Origin: an uncultured archaeon
GTDB taxonomy: Archaea > Asgardarchaeota > Thorarchaeia > Thorarchaeales > Thorarchaeaceae
DNA: 8,371 bases
Direction: 5' to 3'
Assembly: GCA_964648855.1 (NCBI GenBank)
Contig: CAZYLT010000017.1
Coordinates: 46,602-54,972, forward strand
The position numbers and the translations under genes were made by a program. Under the pieces are notes generated by a model. That model saw only the letters and a list, made by a program, of their open reading frames with translations, searched no databases and was not told the DNA's origin. Numbering within the stretch: position 1 is the stretch's first letter; every line of letters starts with the position of its first letter. Below are positions 7,020-8,371 of the stretch, one piece after another.

Positions 7020-7670
7020 TCATTCCTCCTCCTTTGCATCTAATTCAATGATACGATTAGTAAATCGCTCAGACTGCGATCGATTATGTGTCACAATAAC
7101 TACCCCCATGTTTCGTTCCTCAATGACCTTCTTAATTGATTCCTCCACAACGAGAGTCGACTGCTTATCCAATGCAGAAGTTGGCTCATCAAGAAGCAAT
7201 GCTTTTGGTTCTAGCAGGAGTGCTCTAGCTATTGCAACTCGTTGCTTCTCACCGCCGGAAAGATTCTCTGCGACCTCATCGAGATATCGTTTCTTCAAAT
7301 CCACTTCCTTTAGCACGCTAACGAGTTCATCGTCGCTTGCCTCTTTACCTCTGATTTGGAGACCCCACTGCAGATTGTTTCTCACCGTTCCCGGAAACAT
7401 CACTGCCTCTTGGGGAACCAGAATCATGCATCTTCGGAGTTCTTGCGGGTCCCATTCATTCACATCCTTCCCCAAGAAAAAGACTTCTCCAGAGTCAGGA
7501 GACTCTAGGTCAATGGCAATTCTGAGTATTGTGCTCTTCCCAGAGCCCGAGGGCCCGAATATGCCAACGGTGTCATTCTGGTCAACAGTCATGGAGAAGT
7601 CTTCCAATATTTTACGACCCCCATAACTCATTGAGATATCATTCATGACTAATATCGAATCACTATTCAT
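7020..7670 (-). CDS. fetA: ABC transporter ATP-binding protein, FetA/YbbL-like
   Basis: Walker A GPSGSGKS, Q-loop VPQ, signature LSGGE, Walker B LLLDE and H-loop VTH; a short NBD adjacent to the UPF0014 permease. Start placed at ATG 7670 (GGTGA 5 nt upstream) rather than GTG 7682. Confidence 0.88.
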   Translation of the reverse strand: MNSDSILVMNDISMSYGGRKILEDFSMTVDQNDTVGIFGPSGSGKSTILRIAIDLESPDSGEVFFLGKDVNEWDPQELRRCMILVPQEAVMFPGTVRNNLQWGLQIRGKEASDDELVSVLKEVDLKKRYLDEVAENLSGGEKQRVAIARALLLEPKALLLDEPTSALDKQSTLVVEESIKKVIEERNMGVVIVTHNRSQSERFTNRIIELDAKEEE

Positions 7671-7785
7671 TAAATTCACCACCCATTGAAGAAGATTCCA
7701 GATGCCTGCTATTTATTATTGCTTATCTCTCGGTCAAGCACCGAAAGCTTAACTAACTGCTTCATACATCTCAACACCGATATCG

Positions 7786-8371
7786 ATGGCTGGACTTGTT
7801 GTAAGAGAGGATAATGGGAATCTGAAATGGTACCCCTTCTTCAAGCAGGGAACGAAACACACATTCTATACTTCTAAGGAATATGGTCACCATCAGACTG
7901 GATTCAAGGTAGGAAGAGGGTTCCATTTCGATAAGTATCTTCCAGGCTATTGGCAGCCCGTACCCGCAAAGGAATCTCACAGACGAATAGGTGGCGGTTC
8001 AGATCTGATTGTTCTGGATGATGATGATTTGAAGTACTATCGTTTCGAGCGTCGCACATTTATGGTGGATGACACGGGCGACAAAGTAGGAAGAGGGTTC
8101 AATACAGAGTGGGAGTATTATGTTGCAGAGTGGACAAACAATGGGACTTCGGACCTGCTAGTTCGCGATGATAATGGGCATCTCAGGCTATTTCCTTGGA
8201 ACGGACAGGAGTTTCAAGACCTTGGCGGTGATGAGAATGTAGGTGATGGGTTCTATCAAGACAGGTATCCCCACATTTTTCCAGGATACTGGCGCGGCAA
8301 CACGTATCCAGACCTTCTTGTGAGAGAAGAGAATGGCGATTTGTGGCTGTATCCATTTGATGGAAAGACAT
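7786..8371 (+). CDS. FG-GAP-like repeat protein (probable beta-propeller), 5' part only, at least 195 aa
   Basis: Frame 1 is open from ATG 7786 to the window end, with an upstream in-frame TAA at 7750: MAGLVVREDNGNLKWYPF...KVGRGF...SDLIVLDDDDLKYYRF...KVGRGF...SDLLVRDDNGHLRLFPW...NVGDGF...PDLLVREENGDLWLYPFDGKT. Absent from the ORF track, presumably because there is no stop in the window. Confidence 0.85.
   Translation, partial: MAGLVVREDNGNLKWYPFFKQGTKHTFYTSKEYGHHQTGFKVGRGFHFDKYLPGYWQPVPAKESHRRIGGGSDLIVLDDDDLKYYRFERRTFMVDDTGDKVGRGFNTEWEYYVAEWTNNGTSDLLVRDDNGHLRLFPWNGQEFQDLGGDENVGDGFYQDRYPHIFPGYWRGNTYPDLLVREENGDLWLYPFDGKT
7909..8100 (+). repeat. 15-bp exact direct repeat GTAGGAAGAGGGTTC (7909-7923 and 8086-8100) within protein repeats
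   Basis: Both copies encode VGRGF. A diverged third copy, GTAGGTGATGGGTTC, is at 8239-8253. Confidence 0.85.

Noticed and set aside
4357-7626. ORFs 4357-4695, 5050-5328, 5359-5544, 5987-6196, 6388-6744 and 6979-7626
   Set aside because: They overlap conserved genes. The 215-aa ORF is a typical antisense mirror of an ABC ATPase.
7909-8253. Direct repeats as a CRISPR array or DGR template/variable pair
   Set aside because: Only 15 bp long, in frame, 150-180 nt apart and explained by protein repeats. No cas or reverse transcriptase gene is in the window.
7771-8371. Minus-strand ORFs 7771-7980 and 8183-8371
   Set aside because: They lie antisense to the longer plus-strand frame that carries clear protein repeats.

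Overview
Gene-dense prokaryotic window that looks archaeal. The evidence is GGAGGTG/GGTGA ribosome-binding sites, TATA-like boxes, oligo-T tracts and an archaeal-type proline dehydrogenase homolog; an Asgard/Thorarchaeota-like origin is my inference only. In order: (1) a disrupted ~229-aa gene with a C-terminal PARP-type zinc finger, broken by two 1-nt frameshifts and an in-frame TGA; (2) bacterial-type ATP-dependent pfkA and corA on the minus strand; (3) a divergent Ca2+/Na+ (CaCA) exchanger with a CxxC-containing loop; (4) a minus-strand run of fetA, fetB, a homodimeric L-proline dehydrogenase-like flavoprotein and a peroxiredoxin-fold protein lacking both the catalytic Cys and Arg; (5) the 5' part of an FG-GAP-like repeat (probable beta-propeller) protein missing from the ORF track. 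I saw no RNA genes, CRISPR arrays or mobile elements. All assignments come from motifs read by eye; no database search was run.
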